The translations under genes were made by a program, and so were the position numbers. This document shows positions 41,901 to 50,660 of a stretch of 64,000 bases of DNA, piece after piece; position 1 is the stretch's first letter, and each line of letters begins with the position of its first letter. The DNA is from a candidate division WOR-3 bacterium (lineage in GTDB: Bacteria > Hydrothermota > Hydrothermia > UBA1063), in the NCBI GenBank assembly GCA_039803545.1, contig JBDRYS010000001.1, positions 833,866 to 897,865 of the forward strand, in the 5' to 3' direction. A model generated the notes under the pieces. That model was not told the origin of the DNA. It made no database searches and saw only the letters and a program-made list of their open reading frames with translations.

Positions 41901-43130
41901 TACAGCGCATGGTCCAGCAGTCGTAAGTTTACCATCGACAGAACAGCACCTACAGCTCCCAATCTTGTATCCCCGAGTAATGGCGCAGCCTTTAACACAT
42001 CAAGTGTTACCCTGATCTGGAATCGCTCACAAGACAACCTATCCGGTATGGATCAATATGAGATTCAACTCGCCAATAATCCCTCCTTTACCAATCCCAC
42101 CACATATTTAACCTCTGATACGACATATTCAATCAGCAATCTCAATGAAGGAACCTACTACTGGCGTGTAAAGGCAAAGGACAATGCAGGAAATTATAGC
42201 GAATGGTCTAATGTATGGAGTTATGAAGTTGATATGACGGCACCTAATACTCCTAACCTCGTAACACCCGTGGGAGAGTATTTGAGGAACACAATTATAA
42301 CCTTTATCTGGACTCGGGTAAGTAAGATGTCAAAGGATGGAGAAAAGCCAGCACCTGTCGTTTATGACTTCTACATTGATACAACTTCCAATTTTGCAAC
42401 TGCACTCAATACGACTATTCAGGATACCACCCTTATTTTAACCCTCCAAGGGGGAAGATATTACTGGAAAGTAAGGGCCAGAGATTTAGCAGAAAACATA
42501 GGGAATTTCTCAACTACTGCCAGCTTTGTATTGGATATAACACCACCAGTTATGGAAAGCACAACGGTGTGGCATGATACGACCTACATGGGGCCTTTCT
42601 ATATTTCAACCAGAACTGCAGATAACTTAGCGGGAGTTAACGTGGTTAAACTCTTCTATAAGAGGTCTACCGATAGTAGCTGGGTTGAGGTTGTGATGAA
42701 TTACAATTCAGGTAATGGAAGATACGAAGGACAAATTCCCGCTGTTTCACAGGCGGGTGACAGTGTCTATTACTATGTATGGGCATCGGATAGTGCGGGT
42801 AATGAAGCAACAGACCCTGCTAATGCACCAGGGAACTGCTACAGATTTAAAGTAATAACAACCAGTGTGAACGATGTTGTAACAAAGCCCGACATTAAAG
42901 TATTCACAAAAGGCAGTTTAATTATAGTGAATATCAGCTCTCCCCAGCCTACTGAGGTGAAACTGAGCATCTATGACATCACTGGACGTCCGACTTATGG
43001 ACCGATTACCAAGAACATTTCTTCCGGTTTTACAAAGTTTGAGATTCAAGTTCCAAGATCGGGGATTTACTTCTACGAGGTTGAGACGCCGTTAATGAAA
43101 GATAGAGGTAAGGTTGTTATAGTTAAGTAA
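38988..43130 (+). CDS. giant secreted/surface protein with an N-terminal signal anchor, about 6 SBBP-type beta-propeller repeats, about 7 FN3-like repeats and a C-terminal T9SS-type sorting domain
   Basis: The 1380-aa ORF has a repeated motif LWATYYGG....A.SVATDPQGNVYVVGWT.STDFP with a period of about 69 aa. It has repeated modules of about 96-98 aa (TAPTVPNLVSPSNG...YYWRVRAKDNAGNYS.WSS), and the tail ...KLSIYDITGRP......GIYFYEVE. Confidence 0.85.
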   Translation: MRPLRYIVYVIVVSLPLWAYIPTQELIKAYRGFEPNYGQVQDFEGKPVKDIIFSTKAPGLNLFFKKDGVSYVIYSKTNEELNSFEGFDLKERLNKEDSSPLNYARVDLELVGGNIDNSKIVFEDELPGYVNYYLPGCPEGITNLKTYRVVRVKDVYPGIDWVFRYDADGNLHHEFVVKPEGNPDEIKLKVKWADVKLSDDGSEIILSTPVGDILDGSIYAYEGDKRVKVNYVFDDGLLAYDVRGWRRNENLVIDPPLGRLWATYYGGNIIDWAHSITTDPQGNVYVVGWTESDDFPVSNPDGGAYYQGSNAGYSDAFILKFNSSGVRLWATYYGGSDYDWANSVATDPQGNVYVVGWTRSTDFPIYNPGGGAYYQGNNAGGYDAFILKFNSSGVRRWATYYGGSGLWEEAFSVATDPQGNVYVVGQTGSTNFPVYNPGGGAYYQGSMADTSDAFILKFNSSGVRLWATYYGGSGDDFAHSVATDPQGYVYVVGWTRSTNFPVYYPGGGAYYQGTIGGGSINYTDAFILKFYSSGMRLWATYYGGNYNDSANSVATDLYGNVYVAGNTHSTDFPVYNPYGAYYQQNNNGYSDAFLLKFMTGDGPTLVFPGPLQIINTSPVNFVWKTFKIFGGYNRYQLQISTNSNFNPSNTYLTADTSYSVNLSDGIYYWRVRAVASNTSDSTSWTASLFELDKTPPTVPNLVSPSNGAAFNTSSVTLIWNRSQDNLSGMDQYEIQLANNPSFTNPTTYLTSDTTYSVSNLNEGTYYWRVRAKDNAGNYSGWSSSRSFTLDRTAPTVPNLVSPSNGAAFNTSSVTLIWNRSQDNLSGMDQYEIQLANNPSFTNPASYLTSDTTYSISNEGTYYWRVRAKDNAGNYSGWSSSRSFTLDRTAPTIPNLVSPDTNAMLNTSSVTLIWNRSRDYISGVGQYEIQLANNPSFTNPTTYLTSDTTYSVSNLNEGTYYWRVRAKDNAGNYSAWSSSRKFTIDRTAPTAPNLVSPSNGAAFNTSSVTLIWNRSQDNLSGMDQYEIQLANNPSFTNPTTYLTSDTTYSISNLNEGTYYWRVKAKDNAGNYSEWSNVWSYEVDMTAPNTPNLVTPVGEYLRNTIITFIWTRVSKMSKDGEKPAPVVYDFYIDTTSNFATALNTTIQDTTLILTLQGGRYYWKVRARDLAENIGNFSTTASFVLDITPPVMESTTVWHDTTYMGPFYISTRTADNLAGVNVVKLFYKRSTDSSWVEVVMNYNSGNGRYEGQIPAVSQAGDSVYYYVWASDSAGNEATDPANAPGNCYRFKVITTSVNDVVTKPDIKVFTKGSLIIVNISSPQPTEVKLSIYDITGRPTYGPITKNISSGFTKFEIQVPRSGIYFYEVETPLMKDRGKVVIVK
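39764..40800 (+). repeat. intragenic tandem repeat of about 205-216 bp, five near-identical copies, encoding SBBP beta-propeller blades
   Basis: The string tatgggctacttattatggggga recurs at 39764, 39969, 40176, 40381 and 40597 with largely identical DNA between copies. Confidence 0.8.
40795..42535 (+). repeat. intragenic tandem repeat of 288-294 bp encoding FN3-like modules. Four copies share more than 95% DNA identity and are flanked by diverged copies.
   Basis: The string cacctacagttcccaatcttgtg recurs at 41071, 41365, 41653 and 41947, with a diverged copy at 42241. Copy 2 carries a 6-bp deletion. Confidence 0.85.
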
Positions 43131-43177
43131 GAAACATAAAGAGCCTGAGCTAATTTAAAGCAATTTTTACAATTCCT

Positions 43178-43210
43178 GGGCGGGGCTCTGAAGGAGCCCC
43201 GCCCTTTTAA
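43178..43210 (+). terminator. rho-independent terminator of the giant protein gene
   Basis: A perfect hairpin GGGCGGGGCTC-TGAAGGA-GCCCCGCCC is followed by TTTT. Confidence 0.85.
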
Positions 43211-43466
43211 TTAGACGTTAAAGTGAACGCAAAATGGTAAAAAAACAATCGGAGCCAATGGTTTTACATCTCTGCAAATCAATATGAACAGTTCTTAAAC
43301 TTTGCTCCCTTTGCATTCTCACAACAAGTTTTGTTAAACATTATTTGAAACTTAAGTATTCGTATGCTTTATTTCCCGCCTTAACTCTGCCTCTATGAGA
43401 TGATTGCCTGCTATTTTTGGCCTTTAATCCTTAAGGCGATAGTGCCTTCATAAACTTTTATAGGAT

Positions 43467-43566
43467 AAAAGGATGCAGAATAGTCGCCGTTTTACTATTT
43501 TGTTATTTTTGATGAAACAATCCCATTCCAAATAGATTAATTTTGAGGAACGCCGCATACTTGATC
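43467..43566 (+). promoter_or_regulatory. copy B of the duplicated upstream module, with a sigma70-like promoter (TTGATC-17-TAAAAT) driving a leaderless membrane-protein gene
   Basis: It is about 86% identical to 38788..38887. The -35 element is at 43561-43566 and the -10 at 43584-43589. The ATG at 43596 lies 6 nt after the -10, with no room for a Shine-Dalgarno sequence. Confidence 0.6.
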
Positions 43567-43595
43567 TTCGGGGTTCCTTTCAGTAAAATTTAGCT

Positions 43596-44195
43596 ATGGA
43601 AAAGATTGAACTTAAAAATGTAAAAATTTACGGTGGTATTGGAGTAATCATTACCCTTCTGGGTGGACTCCGCCGTATTGGTCCACTTCTGAGAATCGCT
43701 GGATTAATTCTAATACTGATCGCCCTATATGAACTTGCTCAGAGATTAAAGGAAGAAAAAATCTTCAGACAATATCTCATCGGGATAATAATTAACATCG
43801 TTGGGACAGGATTTGCAATCACCTTAGCAGTAATAAATGGGGCCTGGTCCATCGCAAAAATGATCCTCTTTGGTGGTTATATGAGTTATTATGACATTTT
43901 CTCAGAAATAAGCTTTGCCCTGATCTTTTTCGTTTTACTTCTTTATGCAATTACGATTTTATCGACTTACTTTTATCGGGAGAGCCTTAAAAGCATCACT
44001 GCTAAGACCACGATAAAAACCTTTGCGCTCGCCGGGGATTTCCTCTTTTACGGCGCCATTGGAATAATAGTTATACTGGGGATTTTTGCAATGTTTGTTG
44101 GCTGGATTTTACTCGCTGTAGCCTTCTTCAATCTACCTGACACCATTGAGATTGCTGTACCTACCGATCAAAATCCAGAAACCACGTCGAGCTAA
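43596..44195 (+). CDS. hypothetical polytopic membrane protein
   Basis: The 199-aa ORF has 4-5 predicted TM helices and no recognisable catalytic motif. Confidence 0.6.
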   Translation: MEKIELKNVKIYGGIGVIITLLGGLRRIGPLLRIAGLILILIALYELAQRLKEEKIFRQYLIGIIINIVGTGFAITLAVINGAWSIAKMILFGGYMSYYDIFSEISFALIFFVLLLYAITILSTYFYRESLKSITAKTTIKTFALAGDFLFYGAIGIIVILGIFAMFVGWILLAVAFFNLPDTIEIAVPTDQNPETTSS

Positions 44196-44209
44196 AAGTA
44201 CCGGTAAAA

Positions 44210-45151
44210 TCAGCCAAAATACTCTCTAACTTTTCTGCAGGCTGTTTTCAGCATGTTTTCAAAATAACCAGGTACCTTCGGAGCCACATGGGGCGTCATT
44301 AAAACATTTTCCAGCTTCTCAAAGGGATAATGCTGCTTAAACTCCTCATTTTCCTTGGGATATACCCACCAAACATCAAGACAGGCGATAAAATCTGGAT
44401 TCCCTACGAGGTGCTCATAGAGTGCCTTTTCGTCTATGATCTTTCCTCGGGAAATATTTACGATCGTGGCGTCTTTCTTCATTCTATCCAGTTCATAGCC
44501 TCCTATAAGCCCTTTCAATTCCTCATTTAACGGTAGTGCCACCACAATCACATCAGCCCAGGGCCAAGCCTCCTCAAGCTCAGCCTTTGAAGTATAAACC
44601 TTTTCCACCCCACTTTGAAACTCTAAAGGAATCTCTCTATTTTTCTTGAAAACCCGAAGTTTCATTTTAAAGACCTTTGAAATCCTTGCTATTTCCTGGC
44701 CTATGGTACCAAAACCGAGAATGAGCATATTTTTTTCGAAAAGTGTTCTTTGCATGAATTCCTGATGAAACTCCCCTTTTCTCATTAGTTGATTATGAAT
44801 GCAAATCTTCTTAAAAGCAGTGAGGACCATAGCAAAGGCATGTTCCGCTATATATCTCGAATTGGCACCCGGGGCACCCTGCACCGCTATCCCTCTCTCT
44901 GCAAGATCTTTTACAGGAATGTGATCAATACCTGCGGTTATTGCCTGCACAAGCCTCAAAGACTTCATCTGTTCAATCAAAGATTCTTCCACTACTCCAT
45001 TCCACCTGAAAACCATCAAAATCTCAACTTTATCAATGGGTGCCGAGGTTACATCAAAATACACATCAAATCCTCCACCCAATTCTTCTCTCACAATTTT
45101 TTTATACTCATCAGCCAATTCTGGTATCAATACCAGGACTGTGTTCTTCAT
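44210..45151 (-). CDS. D-isomer-specific 2-hydroxyacid dehydrogenase family (NAD-binding)
   Basis: The sequence has a Rossmann GxGxxG motif (LGFGTIGQEIA) and the catalytic R/E/H arrangement (...RG..I....L...). Confidence 0.8.
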   Translation of the reverse strand: MKNTVLVLIPELADEYKKIVREELGGGFDVYFDVTSAPIDKVEILMVFRWNGVVEESLIEQMKSLRLVQAITAGIDHIPVKDLAERGIAVQGAPGANSRYIAEHAFAMVLTAFKKICIHNQLMRKGEFHQEFMQRTLFEKNMLILGFGTIGQEIARISKVFKMKLRVFKKNREIPLEFQSGVEKVYTSKAELEEAWPWADVIVVALPLNEELKGLIGGYELDRMKKDATIVNISRGKIIDEKALYEHLVGNPDFIACLDVWWVYPKENEEFKQHYPFEKLENVLMTPHVAPKVPGYFENMLKTACRKVREYFG

Positions 45152-45301
45152 TATCCTACCCCTTTTCCACTGCTTATAAATTATTAAAGATTCTCGATGA
45201 ATCTTAAAACCCGCGGCTTCAAAAAAGAGAATTTGGTAAAATTTAAGTAAAACTTCAAAAACCTTACACCTGATAAATACTACTGGATTGAAGAATACCC
45301 T

Positions 45302-45604
45302 ATGGATGTTCCAGATAACGTGTTAAATGGTTTCATTTTTGGACTATTCGGCCTTTACGAATATTGGATGTTAACCAAAGACCCTGAAGCGAAATTTTAC
45401 ATCGATGCTTCGCTAACCACACTGCAAGATAAACTCCCATTATTTAGAAATCCAGGTGGCATAAGTTACTACTGCCTAAAACATCACCATCAAGACGCGT
45501 TATATCATTCTTTACATGTTAACCTAATACGGTTTCTACATAAAATGACTGGAGAACAATTTTTCAAAGACTTTGCAGATTCCCTTTATGTAGACTACCA
45601 CTAA
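45302..45604 (+). CDS. hypothetical 100-aa protein. It may be a C-terminal remnant of a larger alpha/alpha-barrel enzyme.
   Basis: The ORF has no N-terminal features and the His/aromatic-rich C-terminus ...CLKHHHQDALYHSLHVNLIRFLHKMTGEQFF. It is an isolated orphan between convergent genes. Confidence 0.35.
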   Translation: MDVPDNVLNGFIFGLFGLYEYWMLTKDPEAKFYIDASLTTLQDKLPLFRNPGGISYYCLKHHHQDALYHSLHVNLIRFLHKMTGEQFFKDFADSLYVDYH

Positions 45605-45690
45605 ATAATGAATGACATTTTTCCAGGCTTCTAAACTTTAGTAAAATCCAAACAAAAGGAAGTTAAGCTAATTTATAAAGGATTTTTTAT

Positions 45691-47769
45691 CTAAGCTTCT
45701 GCAAGCCCTAATTCCATACTTTTTGCCCACTTGTTAACAGAGAGTATCTTCACCATGATTTTATCGCCTAACCTAATTTTTTTATCACCTAAGGTGACCT
45801 CGAAATTTTCTTCATTAAAAGATACACTTTCTTTAAGTTTCGAAAAGGGTATGAAACCTTCGGTAAGGAACTCTTCAATCTCAACAAACATACCTTGAGG
45901 TACAAGGTGTGTCACAATACCCTGCATCACTTCGCCCACTTTCTCCTTCATAAACTCGTACTTCTTGAGATCAACTAGTTCCCATTCAGCCTTCTCGGAA
46001 ATCTCTTCCCTCTGAGACGAAAGTTTTGCGATTTCATCCAGCTTTTGCATATACTCATCGGTGGGCGTCCATTTTTTCTTCGAAATGGCCCTCTTCAATA
46101 ACCTGTGAACCACAAGGTCTGGATACCTCCTTATGGGGGAAGTAAAATGAACGTAACTGTCTGAAGAAAGTCCGTAATGTCCTATATTCTGAATAGAATA
46201 CTTTGCCTTTTTCATCGACCGCAAAAGTAAATAGGAGATTATTGGGCCATGCCCCATCTCTTCAGCAGTCTTGACTATCTTCTGCAAGGCAAACTTGTCA
46301 ATTTTATTAAAGGAGAATTTAACCCCCAGGATCCCTTCAGCCACCCTAAGGAAATTCTGAATTTTTGACTCTTCAGGGACTTCGTGAACCCTGAAAATAG
46401 CAGGCATACCTTGCCCTTCTAAGAATTCCGCGACCGTCTCATTGGCCTTTACCATAAATTCTTCAATGATTCTGTGCGTTTCTAATCTTAATGAGGGGCT
46501 AATGGAAATTACCCGCCCCTGGGGCGTCAGTTCAACCACCGGTTCCGGCAAATCGAAATCGAGACTTCCTCGCCTCTCTCTCCTTTCCCTTAATACCCAT
46601 GCTAATTCTCGGGCAAGAAGCAAAAACTCCCTTATGTATTCAAAGGAGTTCCCCACAAAAATCGAAACGCTGTCTTTTTCCAGTTCCTGACCGTCAATAA
46701 TCCTCTGAGCATCTTCGTACGAAAGCCTTGCCTTCGAATTTATTATGCTCTTTGCAAATCTTCTCTTCACCACGTTACCTTCCTTGTCGATCCACATAAA
46801 GACACTCATCGTATACCTGTCTTCACCGGGTTTTAAAGAGCAGAGGTCAGAAGAAAGCTGGTGCGGTAACATTGGAATGACTTTATCAATTAGATAGGTG
46901 CTACAACCACGGGACATAGCCTCCTTATCCAGTCTGCTATCCTCCAGAACATAAGCTGAAACATCGGCAATGTGAACCCCAAGGAGATAAAGATTACCCT
47001 CTTTCTTAACCGAAATGGCATCGTCAAAATCCTTAGCATCTCGGGGATCAATGGTAATGATATAATCATCGCGGAGGTCTTCTCTTCTATCGGCAACCTC
47101 AACCCTTTCAATTTCGTCTAAAACCTTCTTTGGAAACTCTTCCTTTAACTTATACTTTGCAACTACGAGTTTATAGTCAACGGTGGGATCATCCTCAAAA
47201 CCAACAAGCTCCTCAATATGAGCCTTCTCTTCTTTGACCTTAAAAACCACCTTAAGGCCGTCTTTCAGCTTTAAGCCTTCCCTTTTTGCCTTCGCTATAT
47301 TCAGTTCCGATGGCAGTGCTTTATCATCGGGAACAATGACGTAACGTTTCCCCTGTTTTCTTATAGTTCCTGAATAATTCTTCTCGGCCCGCTTTAAAAT
47401 TTTAATTATCCTTCCCTCGGGCTTTTTCCCCTCCCTTTCCCTCACGATGACAGCAAGAACGTAATCTCCATCCATTGCACCCATCGTTGCATGGGGCGGA
47501 ATGAATATATCCTCCTTACCTTCCCTCAAGAGGAAGCCAAATCCACCGGCAAACTTTTGAAAGTAACCTTTTTCTGTCTCGGACGAAACGGCAACGTACC
47601 TGCTTCCATCTTTATAAACGAGTCCCTGATCCACTAACCCTTTGAGATCCCTTTGTAAAGCCTTGACCTGTCCCCCCTTAACTCTCAGCTTTTTCCTGAT
47701 AGAGTTAAAAGAGAGACCTTTTGAATTCTTTTTAAGCAGATTTATAATTAACCTTTGGAAATCAGCCAT
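45691..47769 (-). CDS. rnr: ribonuclease R (RNB-family 3'-5' exoribonuclease)
   Basis: The 692-aa ORF has an N-terminal HTH/cold-shock-like domain, an RNB domain (...DPRDAKDFDDAISV...) and a C-terminal S1 domain. Confidence 0.9.
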   Translation of the reverse strand: MADFQRLIINLLKKNSKGLSFNSIRKKLRVKGGQVKALQRDLKGLVDQGLVYKDGSRYVAVSSETEKGYFQKFAGGFGFLLREGKEDIFIPPHATMGAMDGDYVLAVIVREREGKKPEGRIIKILKRAEKNYSGTIRKQGKRYVIVPDDKALPSELNIAKAKREGLKLKDGLKVVFKVKEEKAHIEELVGFEDDPTVDYKLVVAKYKLKEEFPKKVLDEIERVEVADRREDLRDDYIITIDPRDAKDFDDAISVKKEGNLYLLGVHIADVSAYVLEDSRLDKEAMSRGCSTYLIDKVIPMLPHQLSSDLCSLKPGEDRYTMSVFMWIDKEGNVVKRRFAKSIINSKARLSYEDAQRIIDGQELEKDSVSIFVGNSFEYIREFLLLARELAWVLRERRERRGSLDFDLPEPVVELTPQGRVISISPSLRLETHRIIEEFMVKANETVAEFLEGQGMPAIFRVHEVPEESKIQNFLRVAEGILGVKFSFNKIDKFALQKIVKTAEEMGHGPIISYLLLRSMKKAKYSIQNIGHYGLSSDSYVHFTSPIRRYPDLVVHRLLKRAISKKKWTPTDEYMQKLDEIAKLSSQREEISEKAEWELVDLKKYEFMKEKVGEVMQGIVTHLVPQGMFVEIEEFLTEGFIPFSKLKESVSFNEENFEVTLGDKKIRLGDKIMVKILSVNKWAKSMELGLAEA

Positions 47770-47800
47770 ATTCTAATTTTAAAGCCTTAAGCAAGGAGGC

Positions 47801-48757
47801 GTGACTATGCTATTTGTACCAGGAATGGGGAAGAAAAAGGAAACGGAAGAGGTTGACGTAGTTATTATAGGAGCCGGTCCTGCGGGTCTAAGCGCAGGAA
47901 TCTACGCCACCCGCGCGGGGCTAAAAGGAGTTGTCATTGACAAAGGTGTTGCAGGAGGACTGGCTTCAGAAGCACCTTTCATTGAAAATTATCCTGGCTT
48001 TTTTGGAATTAAAGGCGAAGAATTGGCATCAAAGATAAAGGAACATGCCAAAAGTTATTTGCCTGTCATTGAAATGTCACCCATTTCCAGAATAGAGAAG
48101 AAGGAGGATGGGAGATTTTTTGTGGAATCAGAGCAGGGTGATTACATCGCCAGCGCAATCATATTCGCCACAGGAACCACCCACAAACATCTTAATGTAA
48201 AAGGTGAACAGGAATTTTACGGCAAAGGTGTATCATATTGCGTGACCTGTGATGGGTACTTCTTCAAGGATCAAAGGGTAGTAGTTATTGGTGGTGGTAA
48301 TTCCGGTGCTATTGCTGCCATATCCCTCCACGGTATAGCTCAAAAAATAACGATCCTCGAGTACATGCCTCGTTATATGTGTGAGAATGCTTACGTGAAA
48401 AAATTATCAGAACTTGGCATAGAATACATTAAAAACGTTCAAGTTACCGAGATCTTTGGTGATGAAAAAGTTAAAGGCGTGAGGTTTATAAATCGAGAAA
48501 CTGGCGAAACGAAGGAAATTGAAGCCGATGGGGTGTTTATCTACGTCGGACTAATTCCTCAAAGTGAACTGGCAAAATCCCTTGGTGTTGAACTGGACCA
48601 GAGGGGCTATATAAAAGTTGATTCAAAGATGAGAACCTCGATGCCAAAGGTTTACGCAGCCGGAGACGTTACCGGGGGAGTAGCGCAAGTAATAGTAGCA
48701 GCGGCCCAGGGTGCTATTGCAGCCCTTTCCTGCTACGAAGATTTAAGGTTAAAATAA
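47801..48757 (+). CDS. trxB: thioredoxin-disulfide reductase
   Basis: The sequence has FAD and NAD GxGxxG motifs and the redox-active CVTCDG motif. Confidence 0.9.
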   Translation: MTMLFVPGMGKKKETEEVDVVIIGAGPAGLSAGIYATRAGLKGVVIDKGVAGGLASEAPFIENYPGFFGIKGEELASKIKEHAKSYLPVIEMSPISRIEKKEDGRFFVESEQGDYIASAIIFATGTTHKHLNVKGEQEFYGKGVSYCVTCDGYFFKDQRVVVIGGGNSGAIAAISLHGIAQKITILEYMPRYMCENAYVKKLSELGIEYIKNVQVTEIFGDEKVKGVRFINRETGETKEIEADGVFIYVGLIPQSELAKSLGVELDQRGYIKVDSKMRTSMPKVYAAGDVTGGVAQVIVAAAQGAIAALSCYEDLRLK

Positions 48758-48761
48758 AATT

Positions 48762-50660
48762 ATGGCGTTGCTTGAAAAAATTGATTCGCCGAAGGATATT
48801 AAAAAACTTTCGCTAAAAGAACTTTATCAGCTTGCCCAGGAATTAAGGGAATACATCGTTGACGTGGTATCAAAAAATGGAGGCCATCTTGCTCCAAACC
48901 TTGGTGCAGTGGAACTAACCCTTGCCCTTCACTACGTTTTTGACTCCCCTAAGGACAAACTCATATGGGATGTTGGCCATCAGGCTTACGCTCACAAAAT
49001 TATTACGGGACGCAGGGAAGCCTTCAAAAACCTTAGAAAACTCAATGGAATAAGTGGATTTTTGAAACGGAGTGAAAGTGAACACGACATTTTTGGGGCA
49101 GGTCATGCATCAACGGCTTTATCTGCCGCCCTTGGATTTGCAGTAGCCAGGGATTTAAAGGGAGAAAATTACAAAGTAGTGGCCATTGTAGGTGACGGCG
49201 CACTCACCGGTGGAATGGCCTTAGAAGCCCTGAATAACATAGGGCATCTCAAAAAAGACCTGATCATTGTTTTAAATGACAACGAAATGTCCATTGCTGA
49301 AAATGTCGGAGCAATTTCCAATTATCTATCCAAGATTGTAACATCTCCTAAATACTACAAAGCAAAAGAGGAACTGTGGGAATTCCTCGAAAAGATACCA
49401 TCCCATTTCCTTTCTAAAAGGCTAAGAGAACTCGCAAAGAAAATTAAGGAAAATCTGAAAAGCTTCGCGGTCCCCACAATCCTCTTTGAGGAACTGGGCA
49501 TTGAATACGTTGGCCCCCTGAATGGACACGACTTAGAACAATTGATCGAAACTTTTTCAAGAATTAAGAGGGTAAAAACAGGTCCAATCCTCATTCACGT
49601 TTTAACGCGGAAGGGCAAGGGCTATAAACCCGCCGAAGAAAACCCAGAGTTCTTCCACGGTTTAGGGCCCTTTGATAAGGAAACGGGAAAACCCTTAAAA
49701 ACATCGGATAAACCTTCTTACACATCCATTTTCAGAAAAGCTATCGTTGATCTTGCCGAAAAAGATGACAAAGTGGTAGCTATTACCGCTGCAATGCCCC
49801 TCGGAACAGGGCTTGACCTCTTCAGGGAGAGATTCCCCAACAGGTTCTTTGACGTTGGGATTGCAGAACAACACGCGATAACTTTTGCTGCAGGGCTTGC
49901 TCTCAACGGTTTAAAACCTTTTGCCTGCATCTACTCAACCTTCTTGCAGAGGGCACTTGACCAACTTATTCATGATATTGGAATTCAAAAAATACCTGTC
50001 AGAATAGTAATGGATAGAGGTGGCATCGTGGGTGAGGATGGAGCCACCCACAATGGAGTTTTTGACTATGCTTACTTAAGAATAATTCCCAATTTTGTAG
50101 TTATGGCTCCAAAGGACGAAGATGAACTTGTGGACATGCTTTACACCATGCTCCATTACGAGGAGGGTCCCATTACTGTAAGATACCCAAGGGGAAGCGT
50201 TGTTGGAGTGCAAATGAAAGAATCTCCTGAAAGAATCCCAATAGGCACCTGGGAAAAGTTATGGGGAAAGGATTTCAAGGATGTAGTCATCGTTGCAACT
50301 GGTTCGATGGTTTACCCCGCCCTTTTCGCAGCCAAACGCTTAGAAAGTGAAGGAATTCAAACCACAGTGATAAATGGAAGATTTATAAAACCTCTCGATA
50401 GCCAGATGCTTCGCGAGATAATTGAATCCTCACCCAAGGCTATTATCACCGTAGAAGAGGGGAATCTGCCGGGTGGCTTTGGTTCCGCTATAAATGAGCA
50501 AATTATTCACATTTCAAGGGGCAAGAAATTTAACATTCACAATATAGGGCTACCAGACACCTTCATTGAACAAGGGGCAAGGGAGGAGATTTTGAAGCTT
50601 TACTTACTTGATGAAGAGGGTGTATATAACCAAATAAAGGCATACCTTGAGTTACTATAA
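48762..50660 (+). CDS. dxs: 1-deoxy-D-xylulose-5-phosphate synthase
   Basis: The 632-aa ORF has the TPP-binding sequence GDGALTGGMALEALN, a transketolase-like layout, and the N-terminal histidine motif ...GHLAPNLG. Confidence 0.93.
   Translation: MALLEKIDSPKDIKKLSLKELYQLAQELREYIVDVVSKNGGHLAPNLGAVELTLALHYVFDSPKDKLIWDVGHQAYAHKIITGRREAFKNLRKLNGISGFLKRSESEHDIFGAGHASTALSAALGFAVARDLKGENYKVVAIVGDGALTGGMALEALNNIGHLKKDLIIVLNDNEMSIAENVGAISNYLSKIVTSPKYYKAKEELWEFLEKIPSHFLSKRLRELAKKIKENLKSFAVPTILFEELGIEYVGPLNGHDLEQLIETFSRIKRVKTGPILIHVLTRKGKGYKPAEENPEFFHGLGPFDKETGKPLKTSDKPSYTSIFRKAIVDLAEKDDKVVAITAAMPLGTGLDLFRERFPNRFFDVGIAEQHAITFAAGLALNGLKPFACIYSTFLQRALDQLIHDIGIQKIPVRIVMDRGGIVGEDGATHNGVFDYAYLRIIPNFVVMAPKDEDELVDMLYTMLHYEEGPITVRYPRGSVVGVQMKESPERIPIGTWEKLWGKDFKDVVIVATGSMVYPALFAAKRLESEGIQTTVINGRFIKPLDSQMLREIIESSPKAIITVEEGNLPGGFGSAINEQIIHISRGKKFNIHNIGLPDTFIEQGAREEILKLYLLDEEGVYNQIKAYLELL

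Noticed and set aside
44330-45187. Plus-strand ORFs of 66 and 132 aa
   Set aside because: They are antisense to the 2-hydroxyacid dehydrogenase gene and have no independent support.
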